Source of the DNA: Thermoanaerobaculia bacterium
Lineage (GTDB): Bacteria; Acidobacteriota; Thermoanaerobaculia; UBA5066
DNA length: 64,000 nt
Reading direction: 5' to 3'
Assembly (NCBI GenBank): GCA_963816185.1
Contig: CAWFJJ010000030.1
Location: forward strand, 352,001 to 416,000
The notes under the pieces were generated by a model. It ran no database searches. It was not told the DNA's origin and saw only the letters and a program-made list of their open reading frames with translations. Positions within the stretch are counted from its first letter, which is position 1. Each line of letters begins with the position of its first letter. The position numbers and the translations under genes are program-made. Positions 19,894-30,546 of this stretch are shown one piece after another.

Positions 19894-21192
19894 ATGAACA
19901 TCTGCATGGTCGGAACGGGCTACGTCGGCCTCGTGACCGGCGCCTGCCTCGCCGACTTCGGCATGGACGTGACGTGCGTGGACAAGGACGAGACGAAGAT
20001 CGCTCTGCTCAAGACGGGCGTCTCGCCGATCTACGAGCCGGGCCTCGAAGAGCTGATCCACAAGAACGAGAAAGCCGGCCGCCTGCGCTTCTCCACGAAC
20101 ATCGTCGAGGCCATCGAGCGCAGCCTCGTCATCTTCATCGCCGTCGGGACGCCTCCCCATGAAGACGGCTCGCCGGACCTTTCGTACATCTTCCGGGTCG
20201 CGGAGTCGATCGCGACGCACATGAACGGTTACAAGGTCGTCGTCACGAAGTCCACGGTGCCCACCGGGACGGGCGCGCAGATCGAGGAGATCCTCCGCAC
20301 GAAGAACGGCCGGCACAAGTTCTCCGTCGTCTCGAACCCGGAGTTTCTGCGCGAAGGGTCGGCCATCGAGGACTTCATGCACCCCGACCGGGTCGTCATC
20401 GGCTCGCGAGACGAGGAGGCGATCGCGATCGTCAAGGACGTCTACTCTCCGCTCTCGATCGGCGGCGTGCCCTTCGTCGTGACCGACGTCGAGTCGGCGG
20501 AGCTCATCAAGTACGCCTCGAACGGCTTCCTCGCCCTCAAGATCTCCTTCATCAACGAGGTCGCGGCCATGTGCGAGAGGATGGGCGCCGACGTGAAGGA
20601 CGTGGCCCGAGGCATGGGCCTCGACAAGCGCATCGCCCCGCATTTCCTGAACCCCGGGCCGGGCTACGGCGGGTCGTGCTTCCCGAAGGACTCCTCCGCC
20701 GTCGTCGACCTCGCGCGGAAGAACGGCTACAAATTCGAGATCATGGAGGCCGTCCTGTCCGTCAACGACCACGTCAAGGCGCGCATGGTGGAGAAGGTTG
20801 CGGGCGTGTGCCCGGACCTGAAAGGCCGGCGCGTCGCCATGCTCGGGATCGCCTTCAAGCCCGAGACCGACGACATCCGCGAAAGCGCGTGCCTGAGGCT
20901 CGCGTACGACCTCCAGGCGCGCGGCGCCGACGTCGTGGCCTACGACCCTGCCGCGATGGACAACGCGCGGAAGGAGATGCCCTCGCTCAAGCTCGCCGAC
21001 GACGTCTATTCGTGCGCCGCCGGAGCCGACGTCCTCATCCTAGCGACCGACTGGAACCAGTTCCGCAAACTCGACCTCGACCGGCTCGAGAAGACGATGA
21101 AGGCGAAGAACTTCGTCGACCTGCGCAACCTCTACGAGCCGAAGGAGATGAGGAAGGCCGGCTGGAATTACGTAGGGCTCGGCCGCGGCTGA
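19894..21192 (+). CDS. ugd: UDP-glucose 6-dehydrogenase
   Basis: GTGYVG, KSTVPTG, SNPEFLREG, GYGGSCFPKD, AFKPETDD. Confidence 0.93.
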   Translation: MNICMVGTGYVGLVTGACLADFGMDVTCVDKDETKIALLKTGVSPIYEPGLEELIHKNEKAGRLRFSTNIVEAIERSLVIFIAVGTPPHEDGSPDLSYIFRVAESIATHMNGYKVVVTKSTVPTGTGAQIEEILRTKNGRHKFSVVSNPEFLREGSAIEDFMHPDRVVIGSRDEEAIAIVKDVYSPLSIGGVPFVVTDVESAELIKYASNGFLALKISFINEVAAMCERMGADVKDVARGMGLDKRIAPHFLNPGPGYGGSCFPKDSSAVVDLARKNGYKFEIMEAVLSVNDHVKARMVEKVAGVCPDLKGRRVAMLGIAFKPETDDIRESACLRLAYDLQARGADVVAYDPAAMDNARKEMPSLKLADDVYSCAAGADVLILATDWNQFRKLDLDRLEKTMKAKNFVDLRNLYEPKEMRKAGWNYVGLGRG

Positions 21193-21254
21193 AGCGCGTG
21201 CATCATGGCCGCCGGACGACGCGGATGGCACCCTCGCCGCATCGGAGGTGGCTC

Positions 21255-21497
21255 ATGGCCATGAAGATTCAGGACACCTGCATCAACTGCGGCTCGTGCG
21301 AGCCGGATTGCCCGAACAAGGCGATCAGCGCGGGCGATCCGACCTACACGGTCGACGTGACGCGCTGCACCGAGTGCGTCGGCGCGTTCGACGCGCCGAA
21401 GTGCATCGAGATCTGCCCCATCGAGGGCTGCATCGTGACCGAGCCGGCCGAGCCGCGCGAGGTTCTCGAGGCCCGCTACACGCAGCTGCACGCCTGA
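21255..21497 (+). CDS. 2x[4Fe-4S] ferredoxin (YfhL-like)
   Basis: GGAGG RBS; [12 protein letters not shown] and [18 protein letters not shown]. Confidence 0.9.
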   Translation: MAMKIQDTCINCGSCEPDCPNKAISAGDPTYTVDVTRCTECVGAFDAPKCIEICPIEGCIVTEPAEPREVLEARYTQLHA

Positions 21498-21546
21498 GGC
21501 GGCGCGCGCCGGAGCAGGCGCGTTCCTCCCTTACAATCGCGGTTTC

Positions 21547-22503
21547 ATGCGCGTCGTCGTCACCGGAGCCGCAGGGTTCCTCGGGAGCCATCTGACCGAT
21601 CGCCTCCTCGGCGACGGGCACGAGGTCGTCGGGCTCGACAATCTCATCACGGGCGACGAACGGAACATCGCCCACCTCTTCGGGAACAGGAAGTTCCGCT
21701 TCGTCCTGCACGACGTCACGGAGTACATCTTTCTCGACGGGCCCGTGGACGCGATCCTCCACTTCGCGTCCCCCGCCTCACCCATCGACTATCTCCAGAT
21801 CCCGATCCAGACGCTGAAGGTCGGCGCGCTCGGCACGCACAAGGCGCTCGGGCTCGCTCGCGCGAAGAAGGCCCGCTTCCTCCTCGCGTCCACGTCCGAG
21901 GTCTACGGCGACCCGCTCGTCCATCCGCAGCCCGAGACCTACTGGGGAAACGTGAATCCCGTCGGCCCGCGCGGGTGCTACGACGAGGCGAAGCGCTTCG
22001 CCGAGGCGATGACGATCGCGTACCGGAACTTCCACGGCGTCGACACGCGCATCGTGCGGATCTTCAACACCTACGGCCCGCGCATGCGCCCGAACGACGG
22101 CCGTATCGTTCCGTCGCTCATCGGCCAGGCTCTTCGCGGTGAGCCGCTGACGGTGTTCGGCGACGGATCGCAGACGCGGTCGTTCTGCTACGTCCCGGAT
22201 CTCGTCGAGGGGATCACCCGGCTCCTCCTGTCCGACTACAAGGACCCGCTGAACCTCGGCAACCCCGCCGAGATGACGGTCCTGGAGTTCGCCGAGACGA
22301 TCCGGCGTCTCACCTTCACGAAGGCGCCCATCGTCCACAGGCCGCTGCCCGTGGACGACCCGAAGCAGCGCCGCCCCGACATCGCTCTCGCGAAGAAGAT
22401 CCTCGGCTGGGAGCCGAAGGTCGGTCTCGAGGAGGGCCTGAAAAGCACCGTCGCGTATTTCGCGTCTCGCGACCGGCCGGGCCCGCCCGCTTCTTCGTCG
22501 TAG
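21547..22503 (+). CDS. UDP-glucuronate decarboxylase (UDP-xylose synthase)-like SDR
   Basis: [55 protein letters not shown]. Confidence 0.9.
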   Translation: MRVVVTGAAGFLGSHLTDRLLGDGHEVVGLDNLITGDERNIAHLFGNRKFRFVLHDVTEYIFLDGPVDAILHFASPASPIDYLQIPIQTLKVGALGTHKALGLARAKKARFLLASTSEVYGDPLVHPQPETYWGNVNPVGPRGCYDEAKRFAEAMTIAYRNFHGVDTRIVRIFNTYGPRMRPNDGRIVPSLIGQALRGEPLTVFGDGSQTRSFCYVPDLVEGITRLLLSDYKDPLNLGNPAEMTVLEFAETIRRLTFTKAPIVHRPLPVDDPKQRRPDIALAKKILGWEPKVGLEEGLKSTVAYFASRDRPGPPASSS

Positions 22504-22517
22504 AATCCTTCTCAAGC

Positions 22518-23648
22518 GTGACTTTCACCCTTCCTCAGGTCCTCGTGCTCTTCTGCGCGCTTGGCGCGGTGTCGTTCGGCGTGCTTGCGCTGCTGCTTCT
22601 GCGCTGGAACCAGGCCCGTACGGAGCTCGTGCTCTATGCGACCCTCGCGTTCGCGATCGCGTTCTGGCTCGCGACTCCGCTCCTCACTCCGGTTCCGGTC
22701 CCCGTCTCCCGCGAGATCCTGGGGCGCCTCGTCCGCGCGCTTTCCTTCATCCTTCCCGCCGTCGGCTTTCTCTTCCTGCTCCGCTTTCTGAACCTCCCGC
22801 TGAGGCCCGCCCTGAGGGCTCTTCTGGCCCTTCCGCTCGCCGGCACGCTCCTCGCGCTCTTTCTGCCGGCCGCGAGCCCGCTCGTCGGGGGATTGTCCGT
22901 CCTCTCGGTCGGACTCGTCTCGATCGGGTTTCTGATCATCTTCGCCCGGAAGGAGAACCGGCGACGCGACACGACGCTCGTCTTCGTCGCCACGGCCTTC
23001 CTGCTCGCGGGGGCGACGCTCGAGACGGGCTCGCGCTGGGTCGCGGGTCCCGGGGCGTTCTCTGGCGCCTTCTTCGGGTTCGCGTTCCTCGTCTTCACCG
23101 CGCTCCTCCTTCCGACGGTGGCCGACGAAGAACGCCGCCTGTTCGCGCGGGCGACCACGGACGCTCTCACCGGGCTGCTCACACGTTCCCTTTTCCTGGG
23201 ACGCGCCGCCGAGGAGCTCGTGCGCGCGGAGCGGACGCGGCGCTCGGCGGCGCTCGTCGCGATCGCGGTCGACGGGTTCGAGGCTTTCGAGAAGGAGCAG
23301 GGGCGCGACGCCGCGGACGAGATTCTCGCCACTTTCGGGCAGGCGATCGGGCGGACGATCCGCGGGATCGACCTCGCCGCCCGCCGCCCGCGCTCCGAGT
23401 TTCTCGTGCTCCTCGTCGAGGCCGACGAGACGAACGCGACGATCGCAGTGGAGCGCATCCGGAACGGCTTCCCCGGCGCCCCAGGCCGCATCTTGACGCT
23501 CTCGGCCGGAATCGCCGTCCACGGCCGGCGGGACAAGACGCGCTGCGATGCGCTCCTCGAGCGCGCCGAACGGACTCTGGCCCGCGCGCGCGCCGCCGGC
23601 GGGAACCGGATCCTGCTCGAAGAGCCGCCGGCCGCTCCGGCCGCCTAG
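22518..23648 (+). CDS. Membrane protein with degenerate GGDEF domain
   Basis: About 7 TM, ATTDALTGL, SAGIA; the GGDEF position reads PRSEF. Confidence 0.8.
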   Translation: MTFTLPQVLVLFCALGAVSFGVLALLLLRWNQARTELVLYATLAFAIAFWLATPLLTPVPVPVSREILGRLVRALSFILPAVGFLFLLRFLNLPLRPALRALLALPLAGTLLALFLPAASPLVGGLSVLSVGLVSIGFLIIFARKENRRRDTTLVFVATAFLLAGATLETGSRWVAGPGAFSGAFFGFAFLVFTALLLPTVADEERRLFARATTDALTGLLTRSLFLGRAAEELVRAERTRRSAALVAIAVDGFEAFEKEQGRDAADEILATFGQAIGRTIRGIDLAARRPRSEFLVLLVEADETNATIAVERIRNGFPGAPGRILTLSAGIAVHGRRDKTRCDALLERAERTLARARAAGGNRILLEEPPAAPAA

Positions 23649-25087
23649 AAACTGTAGAAGAGGCTTGCCGCGAGCTGCCGCGAGGCGCGGCCGACGTCGA
23701 ACCCGAAGTCGATCGAAAGCGACCGGGCGACGGTCACGCCGAGACCGCCCGTGAAGCGGTCGTCCGCGCGCCCGCCGTCGAACACCGCGGCGACGCTCTC
23801 CGAGAAGGGCGGGTCCGTGATCGGAAACGGGGTGCCCGAGGCGTCTTTAGCCGCGAGGCTCGCCGTGACGCCGTGAGCGGGCTCGCGGTGATAGCCGACC
23901 CGGAACGCGAGGCGGCCGTCGTTCCCGCCTGCCACGTACTCGAGCCCGATACGCGGCACCCAGACGTTCGGCGCCGGAGAGACGTCGGCGAGGACGTCCG
24001 AGACAAAGAACCCCGGCGACGGGCCGACGAACCCCATGTACGAGACGATGGGAAGCGAACGGTCGAAGATGTCGCCGTAGGCGACCCACTGGACCTCAGC
24101 CGCGATGGTCAGGCCGGGCATGGGGTGAGACGCGAGACCGATCGCGGCGTCCCGCGGCACGCGGAACTTGAACGGCCGCGACGTCTGGGAGGCCAGCGCC
24201 GCGGGCACGTCGCCGCCGATCACGAGCGTTCCGTCATTGCGCGGCGAGGACCGGTAGTCCGCTCCGAGCGTCAGGACGCCGTCGGGGAGGAGGTCGGCGT
24301 GGATCCCCACGAGGAAGCCCGGCTTCGTGCCCGAGACGCCGTCCACGCGCATCGTAACGGTGCGGATCTCCTCTGCCGTGGGCGACAGGAAGAAGCGGCT
24401 CGTGATGCGGTGCGGGCCGTTCGCGTCGCCGCCCAGATCGAATGACGGGCGATTCAGTGTGACGGCGCCGCCCACGCGCAGGCGATCCGTCACGCGGTAC
24501 GCCAGGGACAGCCCGAGCAGCCGGTTCCTCAGGCTCACCGAGCCGAACTCGCGATACGAGTAGGGGAAGTCCTGGTGCGTGACGCTTCCGGAACGGTTGT
24601 CGTGCAGCTCAAAGTACTGATAACCGCCGCCCCCGGCCTCGCCCTCGAATCGCAGGTTCTCGGCGTACGTGACGGCCGCGACGAGGCGGCGCGTGAGGGG
24701 CACAACGACACCCGCGAAATCGACCGACGCGGCGCGCGTGTCGCGATCCACGTTCGAGGTCTCGACCGGCGAATAGGGCGTGGCCAACGGGCCCGTCGCC
24801 GTGGAGCGCGCCGTCACGAGGCCCAGGGTCTCGTCCGTGCGCTTTCCGGAGACCGCAAATTCGATCGAAGAGATGAGGCCGAGCCCGGCGGGATTCGCGA
24901 GCGCGGCCGTCGCGTCGTCGGCGATGGCCGTGAACGCTCCGCCCATGGCGAGCGACTTGCCGCCCGGGTTCGTGAGGTTGAAGCTGACCTTCGAGAGGAG
25001 CGCCGAATCGGTCTGGGCGCGGGCGGACGAAGGGATGACTCCCAGGAAGAGCAGCAGCGCCGCGTTCCGGAATCGTCTCTTCCTCAT
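23645..25087 (-). CDS. FadL/OmpP1-like outer-membrane beta-barrel
   Basis: Signal peptide; NPGGKSLAMGGAFTAIADDATAALANPAGL; C-terminal ASLFYSF; ATGA overlap with the kinase. Confidence 0.8.
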   Translation of the reverse strand: MRKRRFRNAALLLFLGVIPSSARAQTDSALLSKVSFNLTNPGGKSLAMGGAFTAIADDATAALANPAGLGLISSIEFAVSGKRTDETLGLVTARSTATGPLATPYSPVETSNVDRDTRAASVDFAGVVVPLTRRLVAAVTYAENLRFEGEAGGGGYQYFELHDNRSGSVTHQDFPYSYREFGSVSLRNRLLGLSLAYRVTDRLRVGGAVTLNRPSFDLGGDANGPHRITSRFFLSPTAEEIRTVTMRVDGVSGTKPGFLVGIHADLLPDGVLTLGADYRSSPRNDGTLVIGGDVPAALASQTSRPFKFRVPRDAAIGLASHPMPGLTIAAEVQWVAYGDIFDRSLPIVSYMGFVGPSPGFFVSDVLADVSPAPNVWVPRIGLEYVAGGNDGRLAFRVGYHREPAHGVTASLAAKDASGTPFPITDPPFSESVAAVFDGGRADDRFTGGLGVTVARSLSIDFGFDVGRASRQLAASLFYSF

Positions 25088-26574
25088 GGTGCCTCTCCCC
25101 TCGTCAGAAGGTCGGCGAGCGCGCCGGGCGTCTCGAAGGGCTCGGAAAGTAACACCGTCGCGCCTCCCGCCACCGAAACGACGCGCTCGACGGTTCGCCC
25201 GCTCGGGCCCGGCCCGGCGAGAACGACGCGGTAGCGACCGGGCGCGAGATCGGTCACGAGGAGGGGGGTCGTGGCGTTCGCGGGCAGGGCGACGGAGTTC
25301 CCGGTGCGCGCGTCGACGATCGAGACGACCCGAGCGAACGGCAGCGCGACGACCTGCAGGCGCCCCGGCGCGAGAGCGACTGCCGGCGGCGTCATGGGCG
25401 GCGCCGTCGGCGCGGTCCGGGCGGCGTGGGCCGCGGTCGAACCGGCCGGCGGAGTCCGCCTGTCCGCAGAGCGCGGCGAGGAGCGGCCGCGGGCCGCCCA
25501 CCATGAGGCCGCGAGCACGAGGACGATTCCCGCTGCCGCGAACCACAGGAGCAGGCGTGCCTCGTGAAGAGAAGGCTTGGCCACGGGAAGCGTCGCCGAG
25601 CCGGGACGCCGCCCCACGCCCACGAGCTCCGTGCCGCTCGTCTGTTCGGACGCCGCCGCGTCTCCTGTCACCTGGTCGATCCCGGGGGGCAGCCGCACGC
25701 CACCGGCTTCCCGAAGCGCGGCGACGAGGCGGTCCACGATCTCGCGCCAGGTCCCGGGCCGGCTCTCGCGCCGCTTCTCGAGCATCTGCCCCACGAGGCG
25801 GACGAGCGAGACGGGGAGCGAGGGCGCGTCGGAGGGAGCCGCGACGGGCGGCGGAACCGCGTTGAGGTGCGCGGCGATGTACTCGACGGGGGCCTTGCCC
25901 TCGAACGGCCTGTGCCCCGAGAGCACCTGATAGAAGATGACGCCGAGGCTGTAGACGTCGCTGCGCCAGTCGAGCGGCGCGCCGTGCCCGAGCGACCCCA
26001 GCTGCTCCGGCGACCCGTACGCGACCTTGCCGAGGAAGAACCCCGTGGCGGTCAGGGACTCGAGGCCCGTGCCCTTCTCGAACAGCTTCGCGACTCCGAA
26101 ATCGAGGAGCTTCACGAGCCGGTCGCTGCCGCGCTCGATGACGAGGATGTTGTCCGGAGACAAGTCGCGGTGAACGATCCCGCGTGAGGAGAGGTACTCG
26201 AGCCCGTGCGCGGCCTGTACGAGGAGCGGCACGGTCTCCGTCCACGGCCGGCCTGCGAAGGACGTCAGCGGCGTGCCGTCGAGGTACTCCATCGCGAGCC
26301 AGGGCGTCCCGTCCTCTTCTCCGATCTCGAAGAACGCGACGACGTTGACGTGAAGGAGGCTCTTGAGGATCGCGGCCTCGCGGTCGAAGCGTACGCGCGC
26401 CTCGGCGAGGTGCGCGCGCGACTCGTCGCCCGGTCCCTCCGCCTCGCGGATGACCTTCAGGGCGACCATGCGCTCGTCGCGCTCGTCGACGGCCTGGTAC
26501 ACGATGCCCATGCCGCCGCGGCCGATCCGCTTCAGGATGCGGTAATGGGCGATGCGCTCGACGGCGCCGGCCAA
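25084..26574 (-). CDS. Hanks-type Ser/Thr kinase with TM and PEGA-like extracytoplasmic domain
   Basis: IGRGGMG, VALK, HRDLSPDN, DFG, SPEQ, DVYSLG; TM; LAPGRYRVVL. Confidence 0.92.
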   Translation of the reverse strand: MAGAVERIAHYRILKRIGRGGMGIVYQAVDERDERMVALKVIREAEGPGDESRAHLAEARVRFDREAAILKSLLHVNVVAFFEIGEEDGTPWLAMEYLDGTPLTSFAGRPWTETVPLLVQAAHGLEYLSSRGIVHRDLSPDNILVIERGSDRLVKLLDFGVAKLFEKGTGLESLTATGFFLGKVAYGSPEQLGSLGHGAPLDWRSDVYSLGVIFYQVLSGHRPFEGKAPVEYIAAHLNAVPPPVAAPSDAPSLPVSLVRLVGQMLEKRRESRPGTWREIVDRLVAALREAGGVRLPPGIDQVTGDAAASEQTSGTELVGVGRRPGSATLPVAKPSLHEARLLLWFAAAGIVLVLAASWWAARGRSSPRSADRRTPPAGSTAAHAARTAPTAPPMTPPAVALAPGRLQVVALPFARVVSIVDARTGNSVALPANATTPLLVTDLAPGRYRVVLAGPGPSGRTVERVVSVAGGATVLLSEPFETPGALADLLTRGEAP

Positions 26575-26578
26575 CCCG

Positions 26579-29500
26579 TCACCGTCCCGTGCCGGCCGCC
26601 GCCGGACGCAGGAAGATGTTGGCCGGGTCGCCCGACGCGAGGTCGATCTTCGAGGCGAAGGCGAGGAAGACGCCGCCGCCGCCCACCTGCCGTACGACGA
26701 CGCGCACGTCGGTGAGCTCCGAGAGGTTCAGACCCAGGATGTTGTGGAAGAGGTCGTCCGAGAAGTAGCCGAATTGCGGGAGAGTCTTCGTGACCGAGGC
26801 GATCGGCACGAACGACCCCGGCAGATAGGCGGCGATGACGACGTCGCAGTAGTCGCCCCCGACCTCGTTCAGGATGAGGTTCGTGCGGTATGCCGACGAG
26901 CTCTCGGCGCCGTCGAACTCGACCGTTCCGAGATTCGACTGGTACGACGAGTAACCATGCTGGTACGAGTAGCCCTCCATGCCGGTCTTGAAGTCCCCGA
27001 CTCCCTGCACCGGGTCCACGGTATAGGCCTCGGTCTGCACGTCGACGCCTGCCCAGCTCGCATCGCCGTTCGGCGTGGCCTGAATTCGTATCGCGCCATA
27101 CGTGTTCTGGCCCGGAAGGATTCCGAGATCTGGCTGCTCCTCGAGCACGTCCTCGAAGTGCGCGACTGTCCCTGGGCTGAGGAAGACCGTCGATTGCCGG
27201 ATCACGCCGGTGCCGTTCGTCTCGAGGTACTCGAGTGTCACCTTCCGCTGGTCCGCCGCCGTTGTGCCGGTGTTCGTCAGCGTCACGCGCGTACGCCAGA
27301 AGGGTCTATCGCCGTTCTCCAGGGGCGCGCCCGCCGAATGGACCGTCGGGAAAAAGAGCGGAGCGGGACCACCCGCAAACGGCAAAGATGCCAGGGCGCG
27401 ACGGGACGCCGTCGAGCTCGAGCCTGGCACGTACGAGGGATTCAAAGCCTGAATGGACACGCCCACGTGGAGCGAAGAGTCCTGCGTGCGGTTGTCGATG
27501 ACCGTCGCCATCGCGACGACCGACCCTTTGGTGGCCCCGAGCGCGTCGGTCCCGCTCGTCTTCCAGGTGATGGTCGCGTATGCGTAGGCTCCCGGAAGCG
27601 GAGTGCCGTCGAAGAGCGCGTCGGCGTCGTTGATCTGCACGGTCGCGTTCGCCGGTACGGTCGTCTCGAACTGCACGACCGCGCCATTCCGCGTCACGGG
27701 ATGGCCCGCAACGTCGAAGAGCGCCACCGTGACGGTCGTGTCGTAGCCGGACGTCTCGAGGAGAAGAAGGTTCGAGCGGCGGTTCGCATCGTGCGCGAGG
27801 CCGGACACGACATGGATCGGGTCGCTTTGCTTGACGCCTTCACCCGGGACCGTCGGCCTCAGCTCGAAGCCGTATTGTCCGACGGCGGGCGTCGTGCCGG
27901 CGAGCGCGCGGCGCGAGTCGTTTCTTGCCGCGACGGTCGCCGGCAGAGGCCGGTTGTTGACGAGCACGGTGGCGGTCACGGTGGACGCGGAGGAGCGCAC
28001 TTCGGCGGTGAAGGCGCCCTCGACGCCGAGAAGAGTTCCCACGACGTTGCGGTACCGGCGCGTCTCGCCCGCCGCGAGATTCAGGTCGAAGCGGCGCACC
28101 AGCGAGGTGCCCGGCGCGCCGACCGGGTTGAAGAGGAGCGAGACGGCCACGGGATTGACGGCGTCGGTGTTCGTGAGCCAGAGGTCTGCCGCGAACCGTC
28201 CCGACATTCCGCGCGTCGACGGCGTTCGGGAACGCCGAATATAGAAGGCGCGTACGCGCGGCCGCGGCGGGCGCCGCGCCGGGGCCCGGGACGGCCGGGG
28301 GAACGGGCGGACCGTCGTCGGTCACGAGAAGCGTCTCCGGGCTGTCCGCAAACCCGACGGTGGCGAGCGCGATCGCGCCGACCTCGGTTCCGGTGCCCGA
28401 GCGACGTTTCGCCCGATCCACGGTGATCTGCACCGTACGCGACTCGTTCGCCGCGAGAGGGCGATCCCAGGGCTGTCCGTCCAGCGAAGCCACTGCGATC
28501 CACGGTGCCCGGATCGTCGCGACGAAGGACGCCGCCTGATTGGAGGGGTTCAGGATCGAGCGCAACATAGGATCGCCGCTCTTGTCGACGTCGGCGGCCG
28601 GGTCGCTCCATACGACCTTCGTCGCGGAGGGCGCAGCCGTGATCATGCAGTCGAGGGGAACCGTCAGCGTCGAGTCGCCCGCGGTGAGCTGAACCGTCGC
28701 GTGCACGGGGCGCTGAAGAGCCGTGACGTAGAGAGAGGTCGCGCCGACTGTCTGCTCGGCGTTCGGAGCGAGCGTGAAGGAGTCCGGCGCGACCACGAAG
28801 CCGCTGTCGTCCGGTTTCGCGCGCACGAGGATCGGGTCGTTTCCGCCGTTCCGCACGACGAACGACGTCGTCGGGCGTGTACCGGCCTGAGGGACGAGCA
28901 CCGCGATCGGCTCCGGCTCGGACACGAGCTGGAGAGCGGTCGAGAGGACGCCGCCGACCGTTACGCGAACCGCGGGTGACCATGGGCCGACAGATCCGCA
29001 CGCGGCCTCGGCCCTCACCTGGTAAACGTAGTCGCCGGGTCCTCCGGTGAACGAGGACGCCGCTCCCGCGACGATCCACTCGCTCGCGTTGGCGGACGCG
29101 CCGGAGGTCTGCCGGATGCGGAATTTGAGCCCCGTCAGCCCGCCGCCCGGACCCGGGCCCGTACCGAGCGCGTCCCACGTGACCACCCACGTGGAGAAAG
29201 CCGGCGGGTTCGGGGGACTCACGCTGAGCTCACCAACGCTGGGAGGGACGCTGCAGTCGGTGTTGACCGGGACCGCGACGACGTTCGACACGACCGCCGC
29301 CGCCGCCGCCGTGGGACAGGATGACTTGACGACGATGCGGTGGTACAGGATCGTCGCGCCCGCAGAACCCGGGGTAAGCGTGATCGCCGAACGCTGCGTG
29401 GTCGTCTGGTCGAGGCCCGATGTGAATCCCGCGTCCAGGGCGCGCTCGACGACGTAGTAGTTGAGGCTCGAGGCGGCCGGGTCGGTGAAAACGTTCGTCC

Positions 29501-29666
29501 AGGAAAGCGCGTACGGCTCGCCGGCCTGGATCTCGGCGGGACCGGTCAGGACGGGCACCGCAACCGGACAGGTCACCCCGCGCGCGGCAGGCGCCCACAC
29601 ACCCGCCAAGGCGGCAAACAACGCCGCCCCGACGATCGAGGGTGAAAGCCGCGACCTCGTACCCAT
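26579..29666 (-). CDS. Large secreted beta-rich protein (FN3/Ig-like domains plus repeated beta-sandwich modules), one frameshift near 28200
   Basis: Signal peptide at 29666; ORFs 27840..29666 and 26579..28207 join at NAVDARNVG/RFAADLWLTN on removing one base in a G run. Confidence 0.7.
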
Positions 29667-29687
29667 CCTTCTCTAGAATCCCTCTCT

Positions 29688-30542
29688 ATGCGCTCTTGGG
29701 AGTGTCACGGCACGCGTTCCATCCCACGCGCGTCCGGGTCCGTCGGGGCGATCGCGGTGGCGCTCGTCGTCTTCGCGGGCCCGCTCCAAGCGCAAGCGAT
29801 TCTACCCCCCGACGCCGCCGTGAAGGCTTATCAAGCGGGTCAGGCGGCCGCACAACGGAAAGACTGGCCGCTCGTGGTGCGGAAGATGAACGATGCCCTC
29901 GCGACCGGCCACACGCAGGCCCGAACGCACTTCGGCACGACGCGGAATTTCGTGGATCTCTACGACCCGTACTACTGGCTCGGCGTCGCCCACATGGAGC
30001 TCGGGGAGCTCCTGGAGGCCAAGCGCAACCTCCTCCTGTCCCGGAGCGAAGGGGTCATCGAGGGATTCCCGGAGTCCGCAGATCTCGTCGGGAGGCTCGG
30101 CCAGCTCGAACGCCGCGAAGCCCAGCAGTCAGCCGCCCGGGCCACGCCGACCGCCGGACCGACGCCGGAGCCGACGGCTCCGGCAGCTCCTTCCGCCGTT
30201 CCGACGGCGGCAGGTCTCTCTCTCGACGACGCGACGCCGACGCCGACCGTCGCCGCCGGAGCCGATCCCGAGCGCGTCCTGACCCTTTTCTCGGCGGGCG
30301 ACTTCGCCGGGGCCGAGGCCGCCATCGAGAGCCTGCGCCGGGCGCGCCCTCTCGCCCGCGAGGCGGATCTCCTCGCGACGCTCGTCCTCGGCACCCGCTA
30401 CGTCCTCGAAGGCCGCGCCGACCCGTTGCTCCTTTCGCGCGCGAGAAAGGCCTTCTCATCCTGGCGAAAGCGGGGCGGCGACCGCCGCTCGGAGGAGGCT
30501 CTTCTTTCTCCGTCCCTCCTCGCAATGCTGAACGGAACCTGA
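29688..30542 (+). CDS. Exported TPR-like protein with Pro/Thr/Ala linker
   Basis: Hydrophobic leader ending AQA; PYYWLGVAHMELG TPR-like helix; PTPEPTAP linker. Confidence 0.7.
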   Translation: MRSWECHGTRSIPRASGSVGAIAVALVVFAGPLQAQAILPPDAAVKAYQAGQAAAQRKDWPLVVRKMNDALATGHTQARTHFGTTRNFVDLYDPYYWLGVAHMELGELLEAKRNLLLSRSEGVIEGFPESADLVGRLGQLERREAQQSAARATPTAGPTPEPTAPAAPSAVPTAAGLSLDDATPTPTVAAGADPERVLTLFSAGDFAGAEAAIESLRRARPLAREADLLATLVLGTRYVLEGRADPLLLSRARKAFSSWRKRGGDRRSEEALLSPSLLAMLNGT

Positions 30543-30546
30543 CCCC

